From Eledone cirrhosa (taxonomy: Eukaryota): a stretch of DNA of 64,000 nucleotides. Below, piece by piece: positions 36,771 to 49,718 of this stretch. The notes under the pieces were generated by a model. That model did no database searches. It was not told where the DNA came from and worked only from the letters and a program-made list of their open reading frames with translations. Location of the stretch: contig OZ024749.1 of NCBI GenBank assembly GCA_964016885.1, positions 12,400,001-12,464,000 on the forward strand, written 5' to 3'. The position numbers and the translations under genes were made by a program. The stretch's first letter is position 1; each line of letters begins with the position of its first letter.

Positions 36771-37054
36771 GACTGGAAAAGATTTTTTGTGAGACTAAAG
36801 GAAAAAATGTTGAAAGATTGAAAATAATGTTTTTTTTTTATTTAATAATGTTGGCATCACCGTCAGTCCTCACGAATGTATTAGCTTTTCTAGAATTGAT
36901 TTTTGTATGTGCAGTACATTATTAACATAATAGAACAAGTGTCAACTATTGAGTTGATATAATTGATGGACTGCATTCAACCTTTCCACACTTCTGACCT
37001 TGTGCCTATCTTAAATTATGATAATAGATTTTCCTTTTTATGTGAATTTGTAAT

Positions 37055-37485
37055 CGTTTATAATTCACATCTTTTTCCCAAGAAAATACCAGCATGTGAC
37101 TACAAAACCTCAATTCAAAACATATTTACTTAACATACAAAAACCCAGTTCAAAATATGTGGTACAATATAAATATTGTTTGTAAAATGGAGGTGTGACT
37201 TATACACAAATATTTACAGACTGCTATTTGTACTCATGTATAAGTCACACCTTTTTATACAAAAATGTCAAAAACTGGGATTTATCTACCAGAGCTACAA
37301 ATTCTCAATTCAAAATATATGATACAAGGTAAATATTGTATGTAAAAAGGTGAAACTTATACACAGTATATACATGTATAAGTCACACATTTTTCCATGT
37401 AAATATGGTGTGAAAAACCAGCATGCTACTTATCTACCGCACCCACAAAACCTTAATTCAAATTATATGAATATATACTGTATAT
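37055..37485. mobile_element. Degenerate Tc1/pogo-type MITE pieces in tandem
   Basis: Recurring TATAAGTCACAC, GACTTATACAC and CAAAACCTCAATTCAAAA blocks. Confidence 0.4.
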
Positions 37486-37803
37486 TTCAGCTCTGCTGGA
37501 GTTTTTAACTTTTTATAAATGTTGGGACAAAAAAAAAGAAACTATTTTAATTTTGTATAGATGACCTTTGCTTTACATTGTTTACACAATTTAGAAGTAC
37601 ATTTAAATTTTTCTACTGGAAATGTTTTGGTTGATAATTTTCATTGTATAGTTTAGTTTCTGATTTCCTACTGTTCTGAGAAATATTTCATCAATCATCT
37701 GAGTGGTTCTGATATGATAGAATATTAAATTATTAATTCAATTCAATTTGAAATTAATTTGAAAGACAAAACAAACATTGATAAAGGAAATTAATTGAAA
37801 AAA

Positions 37804-39020
37804 ATAGTTACTATAAATATACTGTCTTTTTCTATAGGAGATCACATAGTTACTATAAATATACTGTCTTTTTCTATAGGAGATCACACGGTTACTATAA
37901 ATATACTGTCTTTTTCTATAGGAGATCACACGGTTACTATAAATATACTGTCTTTTTCTATAGGAGACCACATAGTTACTATAAATATACCTTTTCTATA
38001 GGAGATAACAGTTACTATAAATATACAGTCTTTTTCTATAGGAGATCACATAGTTACTATAAATATACCTTTTCTATAGGAGATCACATAGTTACTATAA
38101 ATATACCTTTTCTATAGGAGATCACATAGTTACTATAAATATACTGTCTTTTTCTATAGGAGATCACAGAGTTACTATAAATATACCTTTTCTATAGGAG
38201 ATCACATAGTTACTATAAATATACCTTTTCTATAGATCACATAGTTACTATAAATATACTGTCTTTTCTATAGGAGATCACATAGTTACTATAAATACCT
38301 TTTCTATAGGAGATCACAGTTACTATAAATATACCTTTTCTATAGGAGATCACATAGTTACTATAAATATACCTTTTCTATAGGAGATCACATAGTTACT
38401 ATAAATATACCTTTTCTATAGGAGATCACATAGTTACTATAAATATACTGTCTTTTTCTATAGGAGATCACATAGTTACTATAAATATACCTTTTCTATA
38501 GGAGATCACATAGTTACTATAAATATAGTCTTTTTCTATAGGAGATCACATAGTTACTATAAATATACCTTTTCTATAGGAGATCACATAGTTACTATAA
38601 ATATACCTTTTCTATAGGAGATCACATAGTTACTATAAATATACTGTCTTTTTCTATAGGAGATCACAGAGTTACTATAAATATACCTTTTCTATAGGAG
38701 ATCACATAGTTACTATAAATATACTGTCTTTTTCTATAGGAGATCACATAGTTACTATAAATACCTTTTCTATAGGAGATCACAGTTACTATAAATATAC
38801 TGTCTTTTTCTATAGATCATAGTTACTATAAATATACCTTTTCTATAGGAGATCACATAGTTACTATAAATATACCTTTTCTATAGGAGATCACAGTTAC
38901 TATAAATATACTGTCTTTTTCTATAGGAGATCACACAGTTACTATAAATATACCTTTTTTATAGGAGATAACAACAATAGTTACTATAAATGTACTCTCT
39001 TTTTCTATAGGAGATCACAA
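37804..39020. repeat. 42/38-bp minisatellite (~30 units)
   Basis: Unit ATAGTTACTATAAATATAC(TGT)CTTTT(T)CTATAGGAGATCAC. Confidence 0.95.
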
Positions 39021-40199
39021 CAATAATTGTTGATTAAATAAAATGGTAAATTGTGCTATTGTATGAACATTTAATATACATAAAATTTTACTAACCTTTT
39101 CCTGATTAGGAAATATGTAATTACATTATGTATCAAGTTAGACATACAGTAGCTCATTAATTGTCTTCAAACTATTTGTTAAACGTTTACATTAGATTTC
39201 TATTGTGAAATTCATTACAAAGAATTTCAATGCTAGTATTCTGAGTGTATCATTCATTTCTAGGTCACTGTCTATTGATTTGTCCATGTATCTTGTATTG
39301 GCTTAAATTTATTTCCCCATGCTATCAATATTTTGCAGACAGTTATTCAATGTATCTCTTCACTAGAACGTTTGTAGTATCTTCTTGTGGAATTTTCAAG
39401 TGTTTAAAAAAAAAAGTTTACTCTAAAATTAGACCTATACTGAATAGCTTAAACTCTTAGCTTACATTAAAGGGAAATTATATATGAAAATAAACTCACA
39501 TGTTTGCTTTCAAATTGTCATTTCTAGAAAACAGGAAATCAATTGTGTAATTAAACAGCTTATTTTGGACAAAAGAATATAAAAAAAGAATATAAGAATA
39601 TAAGAATATAAATATCTCCAGGCTTAAATTGACATTAAGATAATCTTAAAGTTGTTATATTATTTAATAGATAAGAACACAAACATTGCTGTATGGTTAA
39701 GGAGTTTGTTTCACAGTCATCTGTTTGTGGTTCAGTCCCACTGTGTGGTACCTTGGATTTTAATAAAATTGTAATATTGTCAGCATGAAGGGTAGCTGTA
39801 AACAGGTGGAAACTATATGTATAATAAAAAGTGGGGTTAAGATGCGACCTCTTTTCGAACGGAGAGTGGGAGAGAAAGAAAGAAAGAGAATCTCAAGCAT
39901 GAGATGAGAAATGAGGGGTTATAGAGAGAGAGAAGGGGGGAGGATAGGAGAAAAGCAGGAACAAGATCAATAGAGTAGGACTTAGGGAGAATTACGAAAA
40001 AAGATAAAAAAGTGGAGAAAGTAAACTAACAACAAATAGAATCATATGAATCATCAGCTTCTTTCAAGACCAACAGTTGAATATGAAGTCTGCAGAACTA
40101 ACTTCTTCCTGAGTAGGGGAAACACTTGTATTTTATCCAACACTAACAACATGAGAGGACTCTTCAGTTGTGTCACAACACAACAGTTTCTCTAGTGTT

Positions 40200-40420
40200 G
40201 GTGACATAAGATGTACCTGGTAGCATAAGATGCATTTGGTGGCATAACATAATGTCTGGTGACATAACATAATGCATCAGGTGACATAATACAATGCATA
40301 TGGTGACATAAGATGCATCTGGTGACATAAGATGCATCTGGTGACATAAGATGCATCTGGTGACATAATAAATTGCATCTGGTGACATATGATGACACAT
40401 CTGGTAACATACGATGCATC
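40200..40420. repeat. ~19-24-bp degenerate minisatellite
   Basis: GGTGACATAAGATGCATCT repeated. Confidence 0.85.
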
Positions 40421-40611
40421 CATAAAGTGATTTGATAGGAAGAGGATTCAGCCATAGAAAACCTGCCAAACAAAGGGGGGGGGGAGACACCTCAACTGTG
40501 CCAAAGACAAACTCTCTTATGTTGCTGATCTACATGGTAAAGGCATCTAGTACACTTTGTGCTTATGTCCCGTTAAAATGAATCTGGTGCACTCTGTAGT
40601 AAGAAAAATGC

Positions 40612-41217
40612 ATCTCCCCCGGGTCCATCTGAGAGGGCAATAGCTCCAACTTGGTCTGTGACAACCCATCTAACATTTCCCCCTGGTCTGAGAACCTATC
40701 CAACATCTCCCCCCTGGTCCATCTGAGAGGGCAATAGCTCCAACTTGGTATGTGACAACACATCTAACATTTCCCCCTGGTCCATCTGAGCGGGCAATAG
40801 CTCCAGCTTGGTCTGAGAACCTATCCAACATCTCCCCCCTGGTTCACCTGAGAGGCCAATAGCTCCAACTTGGTCTGTGACAACCCATCTAACATGGCAA
40901 TAGCTCCAACTTGGTCTGTGACAACCCATCTAACATTTCCCCCTCCCCGGGTCCATCTGAGAAGGTCAATAGCTCCAACTTGGTCTGTGACAACCCATCT
41001 AACATTTCCCCCTGGTCCATCTGAGAGGGCAATAGCTCCAACTTGGTCTGTGACAACCCATCTAACAGGTCAATAGCTCCAACTTGGTCTGTGACAACCC
41101 ATCTAACATTTCCCCCTCCCCGAGTCCATCTGAGAAGATCAATAGCTCCAACTTGGTCTGTGACAACCCATCTAACATGGCAATAGCTCCAACTTGGTCT
41201 GTGACAACCTATCCAAA
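40612..41217. repeat. Modular minisatellite
   Basis: Blocks CAATAGCTCCAACTTGGTCTGTGACAACCCATCTAACA and TTTCCCCCTGGTCCATCTGAGAGGG in varying combinations. Confidence 0.9.
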
Positions 41218-41992
41218 CCTTGCTAGCAGAAGAAACAAAAGAGATATTAAATGATGATGTTTCTACCACTTGACCACCATATTGAAAGTGGAATCTGAAA
41301 GCAATGATATCATTTTTGTTGTTCTTGTATTTCATGTTTTTATATTTTTACAAAATAATATAAATTTCAAATCTTTCCATCTTTCTATTTCTATTGAAGA
41401 ACCAATATTTTATTTCAACAGACTCTATTGTCATAAACAATATTTTCTTTAATTGCTTTCCTGTTTGAAGTTACAATGAACAGACGTCTTTTCAAGTATA
41501 CACACGCACACACGTGCGCGCACCAGCACACACACACACACTCTCTCTCAATAGAAATCAATGAATCATACTAGAGAACAACACATTATAATAACAGTAT
41601 ATTAACATAATACTTACATGGCTAGAGTATAAATACGAAAATGTCTTAATGGTTTGGGCACTGTACTTCATTTGAAATAAAAGTAGAGAAAGAGGAAAAT
41701 ATTTTTTTATGAAAGAAAACAAAAAAGGAGACCCCCTTCCCCCAGAAAATCTTGTATGCGGCAATGGGTTTAGACAATGTTTTATGACCAGATGCCTCCC
41801 TCACATTAATCTGTTTAGTGCGCTCTTATGCAGTATAAGGTGTATTTATTCTAAAGAAAAACCGATACATACAATGTAAACAAAGATTTGCAGTGTTAGA
41901 GTTAAGACTGTGATGCAGTCATAGTGTTGTTTTTTATATTTCAAAGATATCTTACTAATGTGGTTTTGTGATCATGTGTTACAGGACATTAA

Positions 41993-42659
41993 CCCTTTAG
42001 CATTTAAACTGGCCGTATACGGCCAGAATTCTCTCACCTCTTTCTGTTCAAACTGGCCATTCATACTGATGTTAAGGTATTGTTCTCAAAATAAATAATA
42101 TCAAAGTCTCGTATATTCGATATTATGTGAGGTAAAGCTTTTTCTGTGAAAATACAATAGTAAATCTTAACTATAATAAAGGAAGGTCTGCGGGATTGCG
42201 TCCAGAATATATTTTTTTACCACGTTTGTAAAATAAGTTGGATTATTTTGAATAAATAATGAATGAATATTACATAATTTATGTGCTAAATTTCGTGGCT
42301 GTTGATTATATATATTTTGTAGCTTATTTAAAGATCTTTAAATTTCACTTCTTTAAAATTATCAAATGTTATAACACTTATAATCGCATATATTTCCGTC
42401 GCTAATTTTCTCCTAATGCAGTTTATATATTATGTCGTCTTTTTTTTAATATATCATGGAATACTGATTACAGAAGACAGTGTAACATAGACTTTGTTCA
42501 ATTTCTGTGTATATTGTCAATTACAATTTTATTTGATGTATCATATTTACATGCATATATATTTGTGTATTATATCAATATACACACTACACATGCTAGC
42601 AGAAAAACTACCCGTGGGTGGTTTTCCTGCTAGTATAGAGTAATGTCAATGCTAACGGT
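41993..42659 (+). mobile_element. piggyBac-type MITE family B carrying a Helitron insertion
   Basis: TTAA|CCCTTTAGCATTTA ... AATGCTAACGGT|TTAA. Colinear with 9751-9974 once 42165-42633 is removed. Confidence 0.85.
42165..42633 (+). mobile_element. Non-autonomous Helitron
   Basis: A|TC start, terminal hairpin, CTAG|T end and no TSD. The empty site is visible in the 9751-9974 MITE copy. Confidence 0.85.
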
Positions 42660-43729
42660 TTAAGAGTTAATCTACTACGAAAGAAGCCAGTTTGTGTAAA
42701 CAGTTTTGTATATGGCTGGAATGTGAAACAGATCTATATTATGGCTTCATGTCCATTATTAATAGATATTGATGACAATTGAGTTGAGTGGTTTTGTAAA
42801 TGTTAAATTCCTGAGAGTAGAAGACAATGGAATTAACATACAACGGCTTTAATACACAACTGTATTACTATTGATGAGGCTCAATTAACTTGCTACGTGT
42901 GTGTTGGCCTAGGGGTTAGGATGTGGGTTCAATTCCTGTATCAGGTGACAGGATGATTCATTTCACATTCTTTTTCATGATAAGAACAAAGGCCTTTATC
43001 ATTAAAACACTCTAAAAACCCCAATGAGATGCAACCTCAAAGGTCAGATATATAAACCTGCATCGGTGTAAATTTATTTATTTATTAATTTTTATTTTTA
43101 TTTTGCAATTAACATTGCATATAAATTAATCCTTTCATTACTATATTTCTAATGAAAAACACTTCTTAGAATTTTGAAATCATTTTGAAAATAATTGAGA
43201 ATTTGGGGAGGATTTAGTAATACAACTAATTTTCTCATGATTAAGTTGATGCTTGGAACATAACTTAACAAAAGTTCTTATATAAAATTATGCTGGAAAT
43301 TTTTTTAGATAAATATAAACACTTTACAAGGAGTAGTTTCAGACATTAAAAGGGTTAAATTACAAAATTTCATCCCTAGAAATTTTCTTCTTTTGTATCC
43401 AAACTTCCGGAACATTCTATATTGGTGTGTGAGTTTCATAACATTTAACAGTGATAAAATATGAAGACTTTCTGGAATTGTTATTAAAATGTATTATTAA
43501 TGGCTTTATTTTATCGACCCTCTAAGGATGAAAGTTAAGTTTCAATCCAGCCGAGGTTACCTTTGCCTTTCATCCCTACCAAAAGTAGAAATGGTTATTA
43601 GTGGGGGACAAGAAGCCATAATAATACACACTCAGTTTTACCTTCCAGCCATATATAGTACTCAATGTTTACTAGAAATGTTTCTTTTGTAGTAGATTAA
43701 AATCTAGACTGTCAGTATTATGACTGTTA

Positions 43730-44703
43730 CGGGGTGGATTGGTAGTCATTAGAGGGTGGTGGATTGGTAGAGTCATTAGAGGGTGGTGGATTGGTAGAGT
43801 CATTAGAGGGTGGTGGGTTGGTAGAGTCATTAGAGGGTGGTGGATTGGTAGAGTCATTAGAGGGTGGTGGATTGGTAGAGTCATTAGAGGGTGGTGGATT
43901 GGTAGAGCCATTAGAGGGTGGTGGATTGGTAGTCATTAGGGGGTGGTGGATTGGTAGAGTCATTACAGGGTGGTGGATTGGTAGAGTCATTAGAGGGTGG
44001 TGGATTGGTAGAGTCATTAGAGGGTGGTGGATTGGTAGTCATTAGAGGGAGGTGGATTGGTAGAGTCATTAGAGGGTGGTGGATTGGTAGAGTCATTAGA
44101 GGGTGGTGGATTGGTAGAGTCATTAGAGGGTGGTGGATTGGTAGAGTCATTAGAGGGAGGTGGATTGGTAGTCATTAGAGGGAGGTGGATTGGTAGAGTC
44201 ATTAGAGGGTGGTGGATTGGTAGAGTCATTAGAGGGTGGTGGATTGGTAGAGTCATTAGAGGGTGGTGGATTGGTAGTCATTAGGGGGTGGTGGATTGGT
44301 AGAGTCATTAGAGGGAGGTGGATTGGTAGAGTCATTAGAGGGTGGTGGATTGGTAGTCATTAGGGGGTGGTGGATTGGTAGAGTCATTAGAGGGAGGTGG
44401 ATTGGTAGAGTCATTAGAGGGAGGTGGATTGGTAGAGTCATTAGAGGGAGGTGGATTGGTAGAGTCATTAGAGGGTGGTGGATTGGTAGAGTCATTAGAG
44501 GGAGGTGGATTGGTAGAGTCATTAGAGGGTGGTGGATTGGTAGAGTCATTAGAGGGTGGTGGATTGGTAGTCATTAGAGGGTGGTGGATTGGTAGAGTCA
44601 TTAGAGGGTGGTGGATTGGCAGAGTCATTAGAGGGAGGTGGATTGGCAGAGTCATTAGAGGGTGGTGGATTGGTAGAGTCATTAGAGGGTGGTGGATTGG
44701 TAG
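43730..44703. repeat. 27/25-bp minisatellite (~36 units) from the SINE head
   Basis: Unit AGAGGGTGGTGGATTGGTAG(AG)TCATT. It runs directly into a SINE body at 44704-44900. Confidence 0.95.
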
Positions 44704-44900
44704 CCATTATAGTGTTAGACAAATGCATTGCAGTATTTCTTCTGGTTCTTTACATTCTGAGTTCAAATCCTACCAAGGTTAACTTCCTCTTTCATCCTTC
44801 AAGGGGTGATAAGATAAAGTACCAGTCAAATACTGAGGCTGATATAATCTATTTTCCTTTCCTCCAAATTACAGGCCCTGTGCCCAAATCAGAAATCATT
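44685..44900 (+). mobile_element. SINE family 1, older variant
   Basis: GAGTTCAAATCC, CTTTCATCCTTC and AAGTACCAG motifs. Confidence 0.8.
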
Positions 44901-44912
44901 ATTTAAAGAAAG

Positions 44913-45042
44913 TTACGTCCCTTTACGATCTGAGTTCAAATCCCGCCGAGGTTAACTTTGCTTTTCATCCTTACGGGGTTGATAAAATAAAGTACCAGTA
45001 ATGCACTGGGTAATTGCTGGCCTTGTGCCTAAAGTAGAAACA
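44913..45042 (+). mobile_element. SINE family 1, 5'-truncated
   Basis: 15-bp TSD ATTATTTAAAGAAAG at 44898-44912 and 45043-45057. Confidence 0.88.
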
Positions 45043-45907
45043 ATTATTTAAAGAAAGCGGTGGATTGGCAATCAACCGCCCTTTAAAACTATAACAACAA
45101 AATGTCTGACTTTTTATGTTTCTTTTGCTCAATGCCAGGTCATCTTTCAGCAAATTGAATTACAAATACAATTTTGGCTCCTAGTTGAAGTTATTTCACT
45201 TCATTTATTTTGCTAATATACTTAGAATTATATTTTTAAGTTTTTCTATTTTTACCATGTTTGCATCATGTAATGGTTTATTTATTAAAACAGGGAAGTG
45301 CTCCATCATGGACCTAGTCAAATTACTAAAACCAGTAAAAGAGTAATGGGAAGTGTTTCCCAATGTGGGATTAAAGCAACCCCAAATTTAGCCAGGAAAA
45401 TGCAGGGTTATGTCAGACAAAGCATCTTTCATAAAATGTAATAACATTTTTTTTTTCTTTTTTGATGAATAAATTTTCCTAACTAAAGCAATTTAACCCT
45501 TCTTCTTCCGACCCATCTGTCCCTGGTTCTGTTATAATGGGGTATTACACCTGTACAAACAAAGGTAAACCAAAGTATTCACCAGATGTAATTTCAAACT
45601 ACCAACGAGATCACTACAATGAGACTCAGTATACACAATCTACTAACAGTTCACTTCAGTTATCATTTACAGACATTTCGCCTAGTCCACTTTTAGTTAT
45701 GTGGGAGTGTTCAGGGTTTTTCCCTATAACAGGTTCAAAAATGCTTTTAAAAATATTCATACTTATTTTAGAACTTTCCAACGTAATTTTGTGCTAGAAA
45801 TTTTGTTAAGTAATGTTTCAAACATCATTTTACTAAAGAAAAAAGGTTATTTTGGAAATAATTTTATAAATTGAATGAATTTAGTTAAAATAATTTAAAC
45901 ACATTGG

Positions 45908-46240
45908 CATCATCATCACCGATTTATGTCTATTTTCCCATGCTTGCATGGGTTAGACAGGTTGTCCTGTTCTGAGCTAGGTCAGCAAACCATGTCTTAC
46001 ATGGGTTAGACAGGTTGTCATGTTCTGAGACATGTCAGTGGACCATGTCTTACATGGGTTAGACGGTTGTCATGTTCTGAGGTCAAATGACTACATTTTG
46101 AAATGGTTTTTATGATTGGATACCCTTTCCAATGTCAACCACGTGAGGGTGTGCACTGGGTGTGTTTTAACATGGCACTATCACTACCAACCATTTCAGG
46201 GTGTGTACTGGGTGTGTTTTAACATGGCACTGTCACCACC
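45908..46240 (-). mobile_element. Degenerate SINE2/RTE-tail element with a 53-bp triplication
   Basis: CATGGGTTAGAC(A)GGTTGTC at 45947, 46000 and 46053. Confidence 0.65.
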
Positions 46241-46299
46241 ATATAACCAGATAATATACTTAAATTATATTCCAAGCATCAGCTTAAAAATGAGAAAAT

Positions 46300-46945
46300 G
46301 ATATGACGAAATCCCTCGCTGGGAAGAAAAATTTAACAACCGCTCATCTGTAACAACAATGGAGCTAAATGCAAGTGAGGCACTGCCCCCTGGAGCTAAA
46401 GGCAAGCGAGGCACTGCCCCCCTCCTCCCTGGAGCAGATACAAACAATGCAGTGTGGAAATGCCTCAACCAATTAAGATCTGGTCTTGGTCGTGCAAAAG
46501 CCAATCTGCCAAAATGGGGATATTTAAAGGATGGAGACGTTGTGTGTGACTGTGTCATCAAACCACGGACTACACAGCACCTCTTGATATGGCCCCTGCT
46601 GGAACACCCCTGCACAGCATTGAACTTGGCAGAATTTAATGAGAAAGGACAGCAATGTGTTCAGCTGTGGTGGAACCACATCTAGCCAAGTTTTGTAGCT
46701 GACACTCTTGTGGACACAAGGACAGCAATGTGTTCAGCTGTGGTGGAACCACATCTAGCCAAGTTTTGTAGCTGGCACTCTTGTGGACACAAGGACAGCA
46801 GTGTGTTCAGCTGTGGTGGAACCACATCAGGCCAAGTTTTGTAGCTGGCACTCTTGTGGACACAAGGACAGCAGTGTGTTCAGCTGTGGTGGAACCACAT
46901 CAGGCCAAGTTTTGTAGCTGACACTCTTGTGGACACGACAAGAAC
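46300..46945 (+). pseudogene. Non-LTR retrotransposon C-terminal fragment (RTE-X/I-like) with 4 x 73-bp repeated 3' end
   Basis: WKCLNQLRSGLGR..KWG..CDC..TTQHLL zinc-knuckle-like motif. 73-bp units at 46645-46936. Confidence 0.75.
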
Positions 46946-47324
46946 TAAATCCCTCCCAATTCTTGATTATTTTCAAAATATTTTGAAAATCATAAGCAAT
47001 GTCTTTCATTAGAAGTGTAGTAATGACTCAAATTCCAGAATCATACTTTATCAAAATATCTTTTATATCTGGATAGCTAAACACACAAGCTAACTTATTA
47101 TATGTTCACTGTATCACCCTTTTTTACATAGTAGAATATTGTTTCACTCATTTATTTATCTATAATATCAAATTTTTCCATGTTTGTTAATTGCTCTAAA
47201 TTAGTAATGATACAACATAACCATTTATTCCTAGTTTGAGGAAGTGTGACCTAAACCTGGAGATGATATATGCTACAGTTCTTTTTACTGATTCAACATT
47301 TCAACCCAATTCATCATCATCATT

Positions 47325-49718
47325 TTACGTCCGCTTTTCCCTGCTTGCAAGGGTGGGACGGGTCTTATTCAGCACAGCATCTCTCCACTCGTCACGGTCC
47401 CTCGTCATCTCCACCGTGAGCTTCAATGATCTGAGGTCTGTTCTCACCACCTCCGCCCATGTTTTTCGTGGTCTACCTCTACCACGTCTTCCTTCAACTG
47501 GCATTTCCTGGCACTTCTTCACCCATCGGTCATCCTCCATGCGCATCACATGTCCATACCACCTCAGTCTCCTCTCCCGTACACTACATTCTATCCCTCT
47601 CAGACACAGTTTCTCTCTCAACACATTTATGCTGGGTCGTTCACGCACATTTACACTGCACATCCAACGGAGCATGCTTGCCTCATTTCTCTCCAGCCGT
47701 CGCATATCTTCTGCGGTAGCTGCCCATGTCTCACTACCATGCAGTATCGCGCTCCTCACACAGGCATCATACAACCAGCCTTTCGTACGCAGGGAGAAAC
47801 CCTTCTTCGTCAACAGAGGAAGCAGCTCCCTAAACTTCTTCCAACCCGTCCTTATTCTAGATACTATGGCCTCGGAACACCCTCCTCCCATGCTAATCTG
47901 ATCTCCTAGGTACCGGAAGCTATCCACCACTTCTATAGCGCCCTCTCGCATTTGAAAAATGTGTCTATCAGTGCGACTTCTACTGTCTAATTTCCCTGTA
48001 CATCTACTGCATACATATTTCTCCCTACCTGTTAGTTTGCCTGCTATCCCGCTACATCTCTTGTGTACCCAGGACCTACATTGTGTGCATTTTATAGAAT
48101 TTATGCCAGTTCCTTTTCTGCATATCGAACATGGCCATTTCCCTGACGGAATCAGGGTTTTGTCCTCTTTTCTACTCATCAACACTTTTGTCTTAGCTAG
48201 ATTTACTCTCAGTCCTCTTGCTTCCAACTGCTGTTTCCATAGCCGGAATTTATTCTCTAGCTCCTCTACTGATTCTGCCATAAGAGCCAGATCGTCAGCA
48301 TAGAGAAGTTCCCATGGACAGCCAGTCTTAAACTCCTCTGTTATGGCTTGGAGGACTATAATGAACAAGAGCGGGCTGAGGACCGAACCCTGATGTACTC
48401 CTACTTGTATCTGGAATTCCTCACTAAACTCCATTCCTACCCTGACTTTACTGAGAGTACCTCTGTACAAAGTTTGCACTGTCCTTACAAGCCATTCCTC
48501 AACACCCAGCTTCCTTAGGGACCACCAGATGACAGATCGGGGTACCCTATCAAAGGCCTTCTCTAGGTCAACAAAGGCTAAGTATAGTGGCTTATTCTTC
48601 TCTAAGAACCTCTCTTGCATTTGTCTCACCAAGAAGAGGGCATCTGTTGTACTCTTCCCAGGCACAAAACCAAACTGCATCTCATCTAGTTTGACCCTTT
48701 CTCTAATTAGTTGTGCTAAAATCCTTTCTGCCACTTTCATAACCTGATCTATCAGTTTTATACCCCTATAATTGCTCCTCTCCAAAGCATCCCCTTTACC
48801 TTTGTAGCAATTTATGAGAATACTGCTGCACCAGTCTTTGGGTATGACACCACCATATATAGCCTGATTGATTATGCGTGCAACCAGTTTAGTGCCTACG
48901 TCCCCTGATGCCTTCAGCATCTCAGCAACTATACCCGATGGTCCGGCCGCCTTACCATTTTTCATTTCCCTAATCTCCTCTTGGACCCTATATTCGTCAA
49001 TCTCAATAGCTGGTCCCTCTGTCGGATCTACCAAGGGTAATTTCTCTCTCTCCCATTCGTTCTCCACATTCATCAGTCTCTCATAATGACATTTCCAGGC
49101 CTCCTTTTTCTGGTCATTCATGACACTAAGTACACCGGCATCATCCCGGACACATTTATCACCAACAACATCCTGATTTGCATTGACACACTGCCTTGCA
49201 ATGTGGAACACCGCACGCCTCTGATCTTCCCGTCGCAGAACATTGGCAAACCTCCTACTCTCTGCCTCCCTGCGTGCTAAGTACACCTGACGTCTAGCTT
49301 CTCTCTTAGTGGCTGTATATTCTTCCCTACTCCCACCCTTATTCCAAGCCTTCCATGCTAGTCTTTTGTCTCTAATAGCCTTATCTACACTGCTGTTCCA
49401 CCACCAGGTCACTCTCTGTCTGGTTGGAGCTCTGCTCCAGCCACAGGTTTCATCAGTAGCCTTCAGCAAGTTGTCACGTAAGAACTTCCAGTTATTATCT
49501 ATGTCATACATCTCTAAATCGTCTTCTTTTTCGTCATATACATCTTGAAGGGCTTTCCTAAATTTGAATTTTAGTGAAAGGTCTTTTAGCTTCCAGACCT
49601 TTCTTCTCCACACCTTCCTATATGTCTCATTCCATCTCTTGCTTACTGAGATATCACTAACAACTAACCTATGCTGTGGGGTACATTCTTCCCCAGGGTA
49701 TGCCTTGGTATTAGACAC
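47325..49718 (-). CDS. RTE-clade LINE reverse transcriptase (5'-truncated; endonuclease mostly missing)
   Basis: 797-aa open frame with NYRGIKL, QFGFVPG, FVDLEKAFDRV, GVHQGSVLSPLLF, LLYADD, a Cys-rich insert and RRLRWYGHV. (TGA)n tail at 47311-47324. Confidence 0.93.
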   Translation of the reverse strand: MSNTKAYPGEECTPQHRLVVSDISVSKRWNETYRKVWRRKVWKLKDLSLKFKFRKALQDVYDEKEDDLEMYDIDNNWKFLRDNLLKATDETCGWSRAPTRQRVTWWWNSSVDKAIRDKRLAWKAWNKGGSREEYTATKREARRQVYLARREAESRRFANVLRREDQRRAVFHIARQCVNANQDVVGDKCVRDDAGVLSVMNDQKKEAWKCHYERLMNVENEWEREKLPLVDPTEGPAIEIDEYRVQEEIREMKNGKAAGPSGIVAEMLKASGDVGTKLVARIINQAIYGGVIPKDWCSSILINCYKGKGDALERSNYRGIKLIDQVMKVAERILAQLIRERVKLDEMQFGFVPGKSTTDALFLVRQMQERFLEKNKPLYLAFVDLEKAFDRVPRSVIWWSLRKLGVEEWLVRTVQTLYRGTLSKVRVGMEFSEEFQIQVGVHQGSVLSPLLFIIVLQAITEEFKTGCPWELLYADDLALMAESVEELENKFRLWKQQLEARGLRVNLAKTKVLMSRKEDKTLIPSGKWPCSICRKGTGINSIKCTQCRSWVHKRCSGIAGKLTGREKYVCSRCTGKLDSRSRTDRHIFQMREGAIEVVDSFRYLGDQISMGGGCSEAIVSRIRTGWKKFRELLPLLTKKGFSLRTKGWLYDACVRSAILHGSETWAATAEDMRRLERNEASMLRWMCSVNVRERPSINVLREKLCLRGIECSVRERRLRWYGHVMRMEDDRWVKKCQEMPVEGRRGRGRPRKTWAEVVRTDLRSLKLTVEMTRDRDEWRDAVLNKTRPTLASREKRT

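Noticed and set aside
43672-44906. NPPPSNDST / VESLEGGGL repeat ORFs
   Set aside because: Translations of the 27/25-bp SINE-head array.
45280-45445. Acceptor-like site followed by a ~48-codon open stretch
   Set aside because: No donor site and no recognisable protein similarity.
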